Made by a program: the position numbers and the translations under genes. A stretch of 49,565 nucleotides of DNA, counting the filler, from Jimgerdemannia flammicorona (lineage: Eukaryota), in NCBI GenBank assembly GCA_003990765.1. It is 2 parts of 2 records of this genome, joined end to end, with 100 filler letters (N's around TTAATTAATTAA, not from the genome) between each part and the next. Parts side by side here need not be neighbours in the genome. Positions count along the whole stretch, not along the records: positions 24,836 to 49,565 come from RBNJ01000935.1; 1 more part is not named here. The stretch is one strand, 5' to 3'. Below are positions 36,401 through 49,279 of this stretch, in pieces (within the stretch, counting starts at the first letter, position 1; the number at the start of each line of letters is the position of its first letter). The notes below the pieces were generated by a model. It ran no database searches. It saw nothing but the letters and a program-made list of their open reading frames with translations, and had not been told where the DNA came from.

Positions 36401-39040
36401 GCTGGCCATGTGTCCTGTCTTTCAGCAAATAGAAGCATACTCCACTTCTTCAAAGTTCATTTCTTTCTCCTTTAGTGAGTTTCTTGAAGATACTCAGCTA
36501 GGTGGGTTCATGATTTCTGGATGTCCATGAGGTGGATGTGGAGGGAGCTTGGGATACTTCATACTTGGGTTCTTCTTTCTTGGTCTAAGTCTTTTCCTTG
36601 TTGTTGAATTGTCTTTGAGGCAGAATTGGTCCAGCTGTTAGGATTTGCTTAACTATGGTCTTGATTCTTGCTAGGTACTATTGTTAGTGATCACAACCAA
36701 CTAGGTGGCCTTATTCTCAGATTTTTCTAGTAAGCCATTCAGACAGAGTATTGAATAAATGGTCTGCTCTTGTACTATTTTGTACTTTATCATTGGCAAT
36801 ATATCCTAGACTAATAGTGTTCAGGAGTGACTTAAGTTTTGTACAGAAGGTTTCAAATTCTTCTTTACCATATATATCGAATTTGAGGTTGCAGAGTTTT
36901 ACTCAAGATTTGGCAATCATGGTTTCACTATGGTATTGAGCAATCATGAGTTGTTTCAGTCCAGGGGCTGCAGGATGGGCTCCATATCCTGGGGCATTAT
37001 TTGCTGCATTTTGGGCAACTACTGTAGGTTGGGTGTCTCATGTGAGGGGTTTTTCAGAAAGGGTTCACTACCATTCTTTGGCAGGTCCTCAGAAGAATGT
37101 AACAACTCAGCAGACATAGACTGTAGTGATAGCAAAGAGTTGTTCCAGAGTGTGGTCTTGATTGTTTGTCAGAAGGTGGTCAGCAACTCACTCATTTGTC
37201 CATTGATTGGCTTCAAAGTTAGTATCAACTATACTAATGAAGCTTTGGACTTCTTGTGCAGTACCATTGAAGGTAGGTAGGCTCAGATTTTTGGTTAGTT
37301 AGGTCTGTTCGACTAAGGCAGTAATAGTTGCTGCCATTATTGCTACTTTGGCTATAAGGTCTAGAATCTGTTGGTTTGCTATATTGTTTACTGGAGGCAG
37401 TTGGACTGCTGGTAGTGGTATTACTGGTACTACTTGAGGTATTAGTGCAGAGTATGATGGGGTTCTTTGAGTCTGTATAAGTTGCTGAAGTAGTAGTTGT
37501 GAGTCCAGAGTAAGGGCTTGATAGATAGCTGTCTGTTGCTGTATTGGTGTATTTTGTCCTGATGGAGGGGTATCTCTTTTGATAGTGTATCCGAGATCAA
37601 ATTTACTGAGATACTCCTCCTCCTCTTCAGTTTGATCCCTGTGTAATTGGGTTTACTCAGCATCAAAGTAGACAGAATTAGTTGTATATGATTTCAGATA
37701 GACTTAATTCAAAGTCAAGTTCTGGTTTGGTATTGGTTTCAGATTTAGGTAAGGCTGTAGTAGGGCCTGCTTCAGGTTCGGGGTTGGGTAGTTGATAAAG
37801 GGTTTCTCTTTCTTCTTCTTTAAGAATATGGCAGACCTTGCTGTTCTGGAATTGGTAGTATAATGTAGTCTTAGTTCTGGTATGGTGAAAGTCAGTAGAG
37901 TTGAGCCACTTAGCTACAGAGACTTGGGCTTCATAAGGGACTAAGGCTAAAAAGACTACTGCTGGTTGTCCTAGGTTACTTGGATTTGTGGAGCTGACAA
38001 AACTCTTGTTGAGAAGAGTAAAGAAGGCTGCTATAAGACCTTCTTCATATTGACTTGCTGGGTGTAGAGCAAGGAGTTTAGTGAATAGGGTTTCACCTAT
38101 TTGCTGATTTAACTGGAGTACTTCTTTCTTTGAATGAAGTTTGTCCCACTTGTTGCAGGTGTAGAGGTCAAATTGTCCTTATATGTCAGATTCAATTCTC
38201 TCCAGATTGTCAGATGGTTCAGAATAAATTCCAGTTCAGAGGTTGGGCTTTATACCAACTTGTAGAAATTTGCAGAGGGGTTTTGTAGCTGAGTGAGGAA
38301 GCATCTTAAAGCAGAATTGGATTGTAAACCACTACTACCAAGTTGTAAGAGAGTTGCTTTTTAGGGTAACCATTATATAATTCTGGAAGAGTTTTCTGGA
38401 AGTTCTGGATATTCTGGAAGACCATTTTCTTAAGGTCAAGATCAATTTTGTATAGAGTATGTCCTCTATGCTTATTGATTTCAAGATCGGGTTGACATCT
38501 CAACCAAAGTCCTTTTTCGGACTAGTTCTGGATATTCAGGATTTTCCATATTTCAGAAAGTTCAAGAAACTAAGACCAGCTTAGTTGAATTGGTGTATTG
38601 CTGTAGACAATACCCAATTAGGAAATTTCATAATAGAGTTAGGAGTGGGACCTAATGAGAAGTAGATTTACTTAAGAGTGGTTTATAGATTATTAAATAG
38701 ATTTATTCGCTATTTATAATATTACTATACTAGAAGTAGTTGTGAAAAGAGATATTGTGGAGAAGCATTCAGAAGTATTCTTGTGTATTTGAGTCTGAGA
38801 TTCTGAGGTCTGGGGGAGGGGGTATTTATACTAGTAAGGAGCTATCTGGACTATGCTAAATATGGATGTAGCACTTAGTATCTTGCTGAGTCAGAATGCA
38901 GTCACATAGTACAAGAGTAATCTGACATATCAAGAGATCATCTGACTGCTAAGTCAGTTTACAGTCATATCATACAAGGCTAATCTAACTATACTATAAC
39001 TGCTAAGCTATTTATAGGTTTAGGCACTGTCTGGTTAGTC
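33455..39040 (-). mobile_element. Gypsy copy 2, internally deleted: gag-dUTPase-PR fused to a partial chromodomain
   Basis: 3' LTR 33455-34950; PPT AAGAAGGGGAGAG 34952-34964; gag ATG 38304; dUTPase ~35910-36320; RT-RH-IN absent (junction ~35120, IQDTF|LNQTTELP..EEYKVEQI); 5' LTR 38344-39040 cut by a LINE poly(A) tail. Confidence 0.9.
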
Positions 39041-40658
39041 TTTTTTTTTTTTTTTATAGTCTCTTGGACTCCTTTATTTAGCTATCTAATACAATTACAA
39101 AGAACTACAATTCACTACTAATCCTATAACATATACTGAAGTAGAGTCCTTCAGCCCACTCTTTCCTTCCATCACACCCCACTATCATCTAACACCAGAA
39201 ACCCTCAACTCTGCAGTACAATGTCTTGTACTTTCTTTGCTGCCCCCAACTGCTGATGCCTCCCTTGATACCACCAACTCTGTACTACTTCCCACACCAA
39301 CCAATGTCATTGCTCAACCAGGTCCCCAATTCCCATCCAACATTCTCCTTCAAAGACCCATCGCCAGTGGGCTGCCATTAAGACCCACACTCCTAAGATC
39401 TGCCCAACACCTCCCCAAATGTCCCTGACATCTCCCACCAGTCTCCTCCAGATGATGACACTAACAGACTCTCCCAGCCTCCTTTGATCAGAACTCCAAT
39501 ATCCCTCCAACATCTGCCAATACCCCTCCACCCCTGGACAGGTCCCCAAGACATGCTCTGGGGTCTGAACCACTTCTCCAGAAATCTCCGCACACCATTC
39601 ACAATCTCTGCATCCATCAGTCACCATCCACCCTGTCTGATAGTTTAACATTATATTTCTTCTCATGAACCTCCACCAAACTACCCAGTACCGAGGAGGT
39701 ACCACCTTATTCAAGGTGGTGGCCCATCCCCAAATTCCACCCCATTCCCACATCTTGCCAATACCAGCTGTCTGCCATCCTACCGGCCACCGCTCAAGAG
39801 GGCCTGATCTGACCCATTCCATTGCCTCAACCAGAGAATAATCCTTCAGCTCCTTCCCTCCCATCCTAAGCAATTCGAGTTGCCACCACTGCTGCTCGGG
39901 GTCTGCCCCCTTCTATATCACCTCCACCTCTGGCCCCATCAGGCCCATTATAAGCCAGGCCTCAATGATGCCCCACCAGAACCCTTTGAACCACATCCTC
40001 CCTACAGATCCGATCTGAAGTAGCCCTCATAAATCCTTCCTCTCTGCACTCCGGGGGTAGAACCTGATCTCCCAATTGTCCATTGCTAATCTGCCCCAGC
40101 TCTCTTCCCCTAGCTCCACAAGTTGGCGACCCCACCAGCTCCGCAGTGCCTTCAATCTTCGCTGAAAGTCCACCAACCCTAAACCACCATCAGCAATCGG
40201 CAGCACCAATGCATCCCATCCAATCTGCGGCCATCTACCCTTCCAGAGCCACCCTGCACCACCCAACCAGGAAAATCGAGGTGATAACCCAGGTACCACA
40301 GCTTCGGCAGCCAGTATACATTCAGAACCACCACTCTTCCTACTAGAGAAAAGTTTCGACCAGCCCAGCCCATCAACACCCCTTCCCATTTTTGTACCAT
40401 AGAACTCCACCACTCCTTTGGCAGAACCGTCCCGAACACTGAAAACCATATCTCTAAGTATCTGACCGCCTCCCCCTTAGGCACCACTCATCCAAGCCCT
40501 GCTACCCCTAAGCCCGCACTAAGCTCTAAGGTTTCACACTTCCCCCAGTTCAACTTTACACCCACCAACCCTTCATACTGTTCTATTCCCTCTTTCAAAA
40601 TGTCCACGTTCTCTATGCTATCAAGCCCTACTACCATGTCATCAGCAAAGGCCCCGCT
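39041..40658 (-). mobile_element. 5'-truncated Tx1/L1-like LINE (RT C-terminus, zf-RVT, poly(A))
   Basis: GAFADDM, VRYLEIWF, GRVVVLNVYWLPKLWY, LPIADGGLGLVDF, CEWC..QTPEHVLGTCP; T15 tract at 39041-39055. Confidence 0.9.
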
Positions 40659-40659
40659 C

Positions 40660-41847
40660 CTTTCTCCGCTACCTTACCGGTCACAAGGTTTGGTAGGTGA
40701 CCTTCTGAGTCCCCTTTCTCCTAATATTACCCCCTCTACCTCGGGTTGGTTTGCTGTGCCTGTAGGGGCATGGTGGGAGGAGAGCAATGGTGATGAGTTG
40801 CCCCTTTATCGGTGTCAGATTGGTGCTTCCTCCACTTTTTCACAGATTCTGGTGCCTTCAGCTGCATCTGGGGTGTACCCGTTTTGGTGCAGTGCCTTCT
40901 TCCTTTTGCTGTCGCCAACAAGGAGTTGTCTCGGTGTGTCTCGGGCTATGTAGGGAGTCGGCCGACCTTGGGCATCAAGTGCTCAGTATAGGTTACCTGC
41001 AGGTCCTCGGTGCCTGTGGTGGGGCCCTCTGGCTTTGGCGAGCTTCCCAGCGAGCGCGGTTCTGGCATAGGTAACTGCTTTTCGGGTGTTGTCGGGTTGG
41101 GAGGGGAGATGGCCATCACAGATAGGCGGAAGGGCGATTACGGTGAACCAGTAGGGTGCCAGGCTGGGGGTGGTTGTCGGGGCTGAGGCAGGTGCTGCTT
41201 CGGTGGGGCCTTTTGATTGGTGCAGCGCGGTTAGGTGGTAGGTGTCACTCTCGGCTTCTTTTGGCGGGTAGCGGGGTGAGGCCCCAGTCATCAGGGGGGG
41301 TCAGGGGGCCCGAGGCTACCCATTTCAGGCGTCTTGGCTGCACTCAACTAGAACCGGGAGCTGACATGGCAACGTGATCGAGGCCCGCAAGCTTGAGTAG
41401 TGGGGTATTGGGGGTTTCCTCCCGCCTCACATGTAAGTCCTTTACACACCTCAACTGGGAGAACCAGGCCCTACCCACCGTGTTGTGCTTTGATGAGGGT
41501 TTTTTCTTTACCTGTCATTCTCTTTGGGGTGGCAGGGGCTATTCTATTCGGCTCGGGCATGGCCTTGTACATACATTGGGTTCTCAGGCATGCGCTTTCA
41601 GTCGTTGGCATATGGTTGGGTTTCCCCTGGTGGTAGGGAGAGCATGGTGCACAGAATGAGGTGCGGGCTTATCAGCCCTGCTGCGCCTGACATGGTCGAG
41701 CTGCTGGACAATAGCTAGCCTAGGTTAATGGGGGGGCAGTGCTTGGTGGGTGGTGGGGGAGGGTTTTGGCCTATATAGTCTAGGTTCCCTTCCAATAAAA
41801 ATCCGTGGGACATAAGTCCGTAAAACAAAAAAAAAAAAAAAAAAAAA
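40660..41847 (+). mobile_element. Degenerate 3' part of a second LINE-like element with poly(A)
   Basis: GC-rich; weak remnants of LINE ORF2 C-terminal motifs (LSPTRSCLGV, FFFTCHSLW, ALYIHWVLRH); AATAAA near 41794 followed by an A tract ending at 41847. Confidence 0.45.
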
Positions 41848-41849
41848 GA

Positions 41850-42520
41850 TATTATTATTCTGAATATTAATATTATATATAAGTACTATATATTATACTT
41901 GTTTATATCATTATTATTTATTGTAAATACTATTTCAGAAATTGAATATCATCATTATTTTGATCTATATAACTATTATTAGTATGGATAGTATTTATAT
42001 GTATGACTATATTGGCTTTTATTACTATAGTTATTATTATTATTATACTATTATATATATTACTTATAATAATTATTTTTACTACATTTCTCTTTATTTT
42101 TTTGTAGTATTTATATTTATAGTATTTATATTTTCTACAGAAATCAAAGTTATTTTCAAACTTAGTCTAATAGTACTTTTGATCTTATTTATAAGAGCCA
42201 TAGAAGGCTTTCTCATTACTGTTATCTCTGTTAGATATAGATACTCATAAATACTGATCTTATTATTAGCTATATTACTGATTTCATTAGTTATATTAAT
42301 CTTATAAGATTTATCAATTTTATTACTAATTATATATATGTATAAATACTAATTGTATTTTTACTGATACTATTGATCTTTTTGGTATTTTCTATAGTCT
42401 TATTGTTGAAATTTTTATTATTATATATCTTAATAATATGACTTAGATATATAATTCTTAAAACTATATTATCTTTAAGATATATATATATTACTTGATA
42501 TATAAAAATATAAGCAATCA
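41850..42520 (-). mobile_element. Decayed remnant probably related to the copia piece at 23250-24505
   Basis: Minus-strand AATGAGAAAGCCTTC..ATAAGATCAAAAG (~42175-42217) resembles AATGAGAAAATCTTT..ATAAGATAAAAAG at ~23969-24010. Confidence 0.3.
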
Positions 42521-42879
42521 ATAAATAATTCTACTACTCTTCTCTACTCTATATTTCTAATAAAAGATTATAAGTCCTACTTAGTAGCTAAAAAGAAATA
42601 TCTCTCTAAGACTATATATATATTACTTTATATTAAGATATCATAAGAGACAAATTAAGAAGCTAGTATAAATATATTAAATATAGTTATAGTAGATATA
42701 GATACTCTCAGAATAGATATAATAATAATTACAGTCTCTATGATAAGTATAATTATAGTCAAGAGGTCAATCTCAATCTTTGATAGTAAAAATTATACTA
42801 TTTAGATATTCTATATAAGCAATCTCTAGGAAGAATATAGCTTAGTAGAGTATACAAAACTGTAAGTATAGATTCAAGA

Positions 42880-43165
42880 TTATAATATTGTAAATAATTA
42901 CTAGTATCTTAATAATTGTCTTCTATCACTAGAGAGGACTTTATAATTCCCTTAAATACCTAGGTAGGCACCTTTATCATAATTGCCTTCTATCACTTAA
43001 GAGGATTTTGTAATTGTCTTAACTCTAGAGAGAACTTCAGTGATTGCCTCAATACTAAGGAGGATTTTATCTGCTATCTGAGAAAACTTATAATTATCTC
43101 AAACACCTGAGTGGGTATCTTCATAATTATCTCTACTACTAGAGAGAACTTTATTATTGCCATTA
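42880..43165. repeat. Degenerate ~30-40-bp tandem repeats
   Basis: Recurring ATAATTG(T/C)CT..ACTAGAGAG(G/A)ACTTT units. Confidence 0.6.
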
Positions 43166-44769
43166 ATAGACTTTTTTTTTACAATGAAACTATATGTTCT
43201 ATTGCCAGAAGATTATTATAGAGATATCTATTTTGATATTCTGACTCATACCAATATTTATTAGTATAATATATAAACTAGAGATATTCTAGCTACTAAC
43301 TGAGACTCATAATCTTTATTATATAATAATGAATTTATAAGAAACTGAATAGAAAAAGTAATTTATTCAAAATATATAATATATATTTTATATATTATTG
43401 ATAAATAATATAAAACTAATAGAATAGTATATAGTATAAAGTTATATATCTATATATTGAGTTACTATTCCAATATATAAAAACTGAAAAATATTATAAA
43501 ATAAGATAATAGACCACTCTCAGTAAGGCCAAATAGCTATTCTGCTTTTTTATCAATAATTATATCTATATTATTATAAAGAGACTATATGTTCTCTTCT
43601 ATATATAACTCTAAGTTCTCAATTACTTTTACAGAATATCTTCTAAAAATATTACTGATAAATATTAGAGTAATATTATCTTTTAAATAGTCCAGTATAT
43701 AGTTCTTTAGTTTAATAAATATATAAAGTTTAATATAGAAGTAAATGAGTAGATTTAGATAAAGATAAAAAGAATATAACAGTTTATTATATGTATAGTA
43801 ATAAGTTATTGATAATTCTAATAAAATTTACAATAAAATTATCAACAGAAATTATAATAGAATTTTTACAAAAAAAATTGATATAAGTTATATACTATAT
43901 AGTATAACTATATATAGATATATATATATACTTAGTATATTATATTTAGCTATAATTTTACTTTATATAAATATCGTCTATACTGAGTATATTATAACTT
44001 CAGCTCTATTTTTTTTACTTAAGAATAAAGAAGTATTCTTATTAAAGAACTCTTAGATCTAACTTATTAATAATTCTGAGCCTAATCAACTTAAGATATA
44101 AATATATAATCTTTATCTAGTATAAGACCCCAAAAGTAATACTTAGACTATATCTCAGTAATAAATACTTAGAGCTTAATACTTCCTTATAAGAGCTCAG
44201 AACTTAAAGACAATAGTCTATTCAGATTATTTGTAATAAATTAATTTTATTAGTATATAGTATGATGTATAATATGAAATAAAAACAGGAAATAGATATT
44301 TAATTATGATACTTAAATCTGATTTTCTGATTTATTATAGTGTAGAAATTACTTTTACTATAGATATTATATTTAAAATATTATCAATGAAACTGTTGTT
44401 ATTTTTATAAACTTTAGATAGAATTTTATATAAGATTCTATCTGAGATATCTATTTGAAATTTCACATGAAATAACTTATTACTTAGTCTCATATTTAGT
44501 AGCAGAATTAGCAAATATATATAAATAACTTAGTATTTTAGAGTGAATAAATAAAAGTCAGTTCAGCTCAGTTATATATTCTTCTCCTTCTCTTTATATA
44601 AAATCTAGAATCCTACCAACTTACTAAGATCTATGCCTACTACATTATAATTTAGTATCTATTAGCTAATAATTTAAGATGAATTCTCACTTTTAAGCTA
44701 AAAAATGAACAACTACTACTATCCAATTTTGAAGATATATGGATCTTCATATAGACTGTTATATATAGT

Positions 44770-46290
44770 ATTTATCTCTATACCATCTGCTGTTAATTGA
44801 TTGTTTCAGTTATCAGTCTTGTTTCTGTGAACTATTAGTATTGAATAATAGATGCTCTATAAAGGCCTATATTATTAAGTTAATAGTCAGATCACTCCTT
44901 AATTTAAGAGACAATATTATAAAAATTAATCACTAAATATGCTAAACAAACTACTATGCAAATAGACTGCTATATAGACTACCACCTAAAGAAAACAATA
45001 TATAGACTACTGTATAGACCATCATCTGATTTTTGAAGACATTGTTTATCTCTATACTATCTGCTGTCAATTGGTTATTCTAGTTATCAGCCTCATTTCT
45101 GTAAACTATCAGTATTGAATAATAGATGCTTTGCAAAGGACCACATTGTTGAGTTAATAGCCAGATCACTTTTTAGTTCAAGAAATAATATTATAAGAAT
45201 TAATTACTAAATATATTGAATAAACTGCTATATAAATAGATTACTATATAGACCATTATCTGATTTTTGAAGACATTATTCATCTCTATACTATCTGCTA
45301 TTAATTGGTTATTCTGATTGTCAGCCTCATTTCTATGAGCTGTTAGTATTGAAGAATAGACACTCTGTAAAAGACTGTATTATTGAGTTAATAGCTGGAT
45401 CACTCCTTAGTTTGAGAGATAATATTATAAGAATTAATTATTAAATATATTAAACAAACTGCCATATAAATGGACTGCTATATAGACTATCACCCAAAGA
45501 AGATAAACAAACTACTATATAAATAGACTGCTATATAGACTACTATCCAAAGAAAACAATATATAGACTGTAATATGGACAATTGTCACCTAATTTTGAA
45601 AAAGACAAACAGACTGTTATATAGATCACCATTTAAAGAAAACAACATATAGACTATTATATGGACTATTACTAGATTTTTGAAGATATTATTCATCTCT
45701 GTCCCATCTGCTATTAATTGGTTGTTTCAGTTGTCAGTCTCATTTCTATAAACTATTAGTATTGAACAATAGATGCTCTGCAAAGGATAGTATTATTGAG
45801 TTAATAGCTGAGTCACTTCTTAGTTCAAGGGATAATATTATAAGAATTAATTACTAAATATACTAAAAAAAACTGCTATGCAAATAGACTGCTATATGGA
45901 CTTCTATTTAAAGAAGACAAATAAACTACTATATAGACCACTACCTAAAGAAGACAAACAAACTGCTATATAGACCATTGCTACCCAATTTTGAAGAAGA
46001 TAAACAAACTACTATATGGATCACTACTTAAAGAAAACTACTACTATATAGACCATTGCCATCCTGTATTATATAATTTGCCATTATCTGACTTTTGAGA
46101 ATACAACCTATTACCTATACTTGAAAAGTCTAGAGGCCATCCTGTAATATATAATTTGCCACTATCTGACTTTTGAGAATATAACTTATTATCTACAATT
46201 AATGAGCCTGGAAGCTGTCTTGTGATATATAAATACCACCTATTATACAAACTGCTACCCTATTAAAGATATTATATACAAACTGTCATC
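44770..46290. repeat. Complex tandem repeat: four ~235-410-bp units with variable subrepeats, then a 78-bp duplication
   Basis: TCTCTRT..ATCTGCT.T.AATTG recurs at ~44775, ~45049, ~45283 and ~45695; subrepeat AAACTRCTATATRGAC..AAAGAA varies in copy number; TTGCCAYTATCTGACTTTTGAGAATA at 46078 and 46156. Confidence 0.8.
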
Positions 46291-47281
46291 TAACTTTTGA
46301 TGATATTCCAAATTAATTATTTGAAGAATACCATTCATGAAATATCAAACTACTCTTCTTTTAATTGTAGAATTAAAAGACATCATATATAAACAGTTGG
46401 GATACCCTTGCAACACTGGTGGTCAGGAGAGGTCTTGGCCTTGTGGATTTCCCTAAGAGATTGCACTGCTTGCAAGTCTGATGGTTAAAGAGAGCAGCTG
46501 AACTGCAAGGAGGGGGTTGGGTGCCTCTGCTGCAGAAGGTGTGGGAGATGAGAACCTCCCCCTGAGGGTCCTCAGGAGATTTACTCTCTTTGTTAGGGCT
46601 CAATGGAATTCAGTGGCTACAGTTTAAGGGCTTTTGGTGGAGAGTGATCGATGGAGTATACAGAATTGGTCTGCGCTGGCAGAGCAATGAGAGGGAGGTA
46701 TTATGGGACCCTAGTATGTGGCAATGGGATAGACTACTACTGGGGGGTGCTCCACTTGCTGCTTTTGATATTGGGGATAGAGTGGAGTGTCAGCAGGGTC
46801 TTGGCCAGGATCTTTGACTGAGCAGTTGGCAGATGGTCAGGATCGGTGAGGAGTGGGACTGGGTAGATATCTGGTCTTAGAGTGCTGAGGTATGGCAGTG
46901 GCTTCCCCCCAAGTTCTAGGTGGTGTGGTGGCGAATGCTGCAGAGGAATGTCATGCTGAATTTCTGCACTGGGCATCTGGTGGATGGTGGTTGTTTCGAT
47001 TGTGAGGAGTGTTATAATGTAAGGCAAGCTGGGGGTTTGGTGCAGATGCCAGAACATTGGCTGAGAGAGTGTGAGGTTTTGGGAGACTTTTGGGTTGAAA
47101 TAGGAAATAGACTGAGTGTGGAGCATAGGCCAGCAGGTAAGGGGGATCACTGAGAGGACTTGAGATCTCAGCTAGTGGGGGGGGTGGGTGATAGTTGGCT
47201 CACTGTCAGGTGGGTGTTAGCAGTTTGGGTGGGATTAGCAGGATATTGGCTATTTGTATTTGAGGAGGGGTGGTAGATAAG

Positions 47282-49279
47282 TGTAAGAGGGTTGCTTTTT
47301 AGGGTAACCATTACGTAGTTCTGGAAAGGTTTTCTGGATATTCTGGATGTTCTAGAAGACTGTTTTCTTATGGTCAAGATCAATTTCGTATGGAGTACGT
47401 CCTCTATACTTATTGATTTCAAGATTGGGTTGACATCTCAACCAAAGTCCTTTCTCAGACTAGTTCTAGATGTTCAGGATTTTCTGTATTTCAGGAGGTT
47501 CAAGAAACTAAGACCAGCTTAGTTGAATTGGCATATCACTGCAGACAATACCCAATTAGGAAATTTCATGAGAGGGTTAGGAGTGGGACCTAATGGGGAG
47601 CAGATTTACTTAAGAGTGGTTTGTGGATTATTGAATAGATTTATTTGCTATTCATGATATTGCTATACTAGGAGTAGTTGTGTGAAGGGATATTGTGGGG
47701 AAGTATTCAGGAATGTTCTTGTGTGTTCAAGTCTAAGATTCTGAGGTCTGGGGGAGGGGGTATTTATACTAGTGAGGGGCTATCTGGACTATGCTGAATA
47801 TGGATGTAGCACTAAGTGCCTTGCTGAGTTAGAATGCAGTCATGTAGTATAAGTGTGATCTGACATGTCAAGAGATTGTCTGACTACTGAGTCAGTTCAC
47901 AGTCATGTCATACAAGGCTAATCTAACTATACTATGACTGCTAGGCTATTATGGGTTTAGGCACTGTCTGGATAGTCCTCAATGACATCACCATCAATGA
48001 TATCATCTCTGATGAAGTAGTCATCTAGAAAGAGTGGTTTGCGGATTACTACTTCATCTCTATCTTACAGGATAGCATCATCTGTCTCGTAGGCTGGATA
48101 AGGTGTTGGTGGATGAAGGATGGGTGTATTGTCTTCGCTTTCATTGGATTCACTGTCTGCATACCTTCTATAGATTACAGCACTATAAGTTGCAGGATTG
48201 TAGTAAGCTGGTGGCTGTGGTTCATGTCATTTGTACTCAGGTGGTGGAGTGGTTGGTTCAATCTCGAGGGTTGTCTGGAGGTACAGGTTGTGTTCTCTGG
48301 TCTCTTCATTATAGTTGAAGTAATCAGGAGTAAATGCGGGTTAGTATTCGTGCCAGTGGTCATTGTCTCAATAAGTCTTGTATACAGTTATGAACTGTTA
48401 TAAGTTCATCGGCAAGATTGGCGGAGTGATCAGGGTTGGCAGAGATCCTTGGCTAGAGGTCATGTCAGCATCAGAGGGATCATTGTCTTCTGCTTTGTCT
48501 TCATCGAAGTGGATTATATCATAGATGTCCTTCATGGCATATCCAACTTGGGGCATTTGCAGGATATGATCATTGAGGTGTGGGAAGGTTCTGTCTGTGG
48601 TTTCGATATACTCGAGGTACTTGTAGTTGAGTTCTTGTATCATGTCATCGATTTGGCCATAGGACAGAATAGCAACCATTTTGCTGATAGTAACTTGGAG
48701 GCAGAGAATAATGGTACTGTACTCAGAGAAGAGTTCTCAGTGTTTGCAGGCAATGAGCTTCTGGTGTTGAGACATCTGGGTAATGTCTGTATCATGGTGG
48801 TGTTCAACCATGTCTTCCAGGAGGTGGCTGATCTGGTAGTAGCTTGAGATTTGTCCAATTCAGTAGACCTCACTAAGTATGTTCAGAGCATTTCATCGGG
48901 CTTCTACAAAGTAGAGGGGTGCTAGACTATGGATATTCATGAGGGGCAGAGGGGGTATAGCTTGGTTGACAATGGCATTCCAAATGTCAGCATGGATATA
49001 GTTGTAGATCTCAGTGGTCATGTTTGTGTGTTTGAAAGTTATAGTTTGTTGTTTGTTTTGGTTTTCTGTTTCGACACATCTTGGTGCTTGGTATATATAC
49101 ATTTGATCCTGATTGGTAAGATTCCATTTATGTAGATCTTATATTCTGTGACTTCGTATTGACTCAGCTTTGTATACTGTGACTTCGGTTTGACTCAGCT
49201 TTGTGATCAAGCAGGTGATTTCCGGATTTGTTCAGAGGATGATGTATAATTTCAGTGGCTTGGAGGTTGTGTGCTTACA
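47282..49279 (-). mobile_element. Solo LTR (family A), 1998 bp, 5-bp TSD
   Basis: TGTAAG..CTTACA flanked by ATAAG at 47277-47281 and 49280-49284; no PBS or PPT adjacent. Confidence 0.95.
47957..49021 (-). pseudogene. U3-encoded ORF in the solo LTR (355 codons, one frame)
   Basis: ATG 49021 to TAA 47957; interrupted only by stops explicable as C>T/G>A changes; in-frame 33-bp deletion relative to copy 1. Confidence 0.75.

Noticed and set aside
41942..42521. Hydrophobic Ile/Tyr-rich ORFs resembling membrane or mitochondrial proteins
   Set aside because: Compositional artefact of extreme AT-rich decayed TE sequence.
43170..44760. Possible Mutator/FAR1-like transposase remnant (minus-strand NKYWY near 43250)
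   Set aside because: Too decayed to support from motifs alone; needs a translated HMM search.
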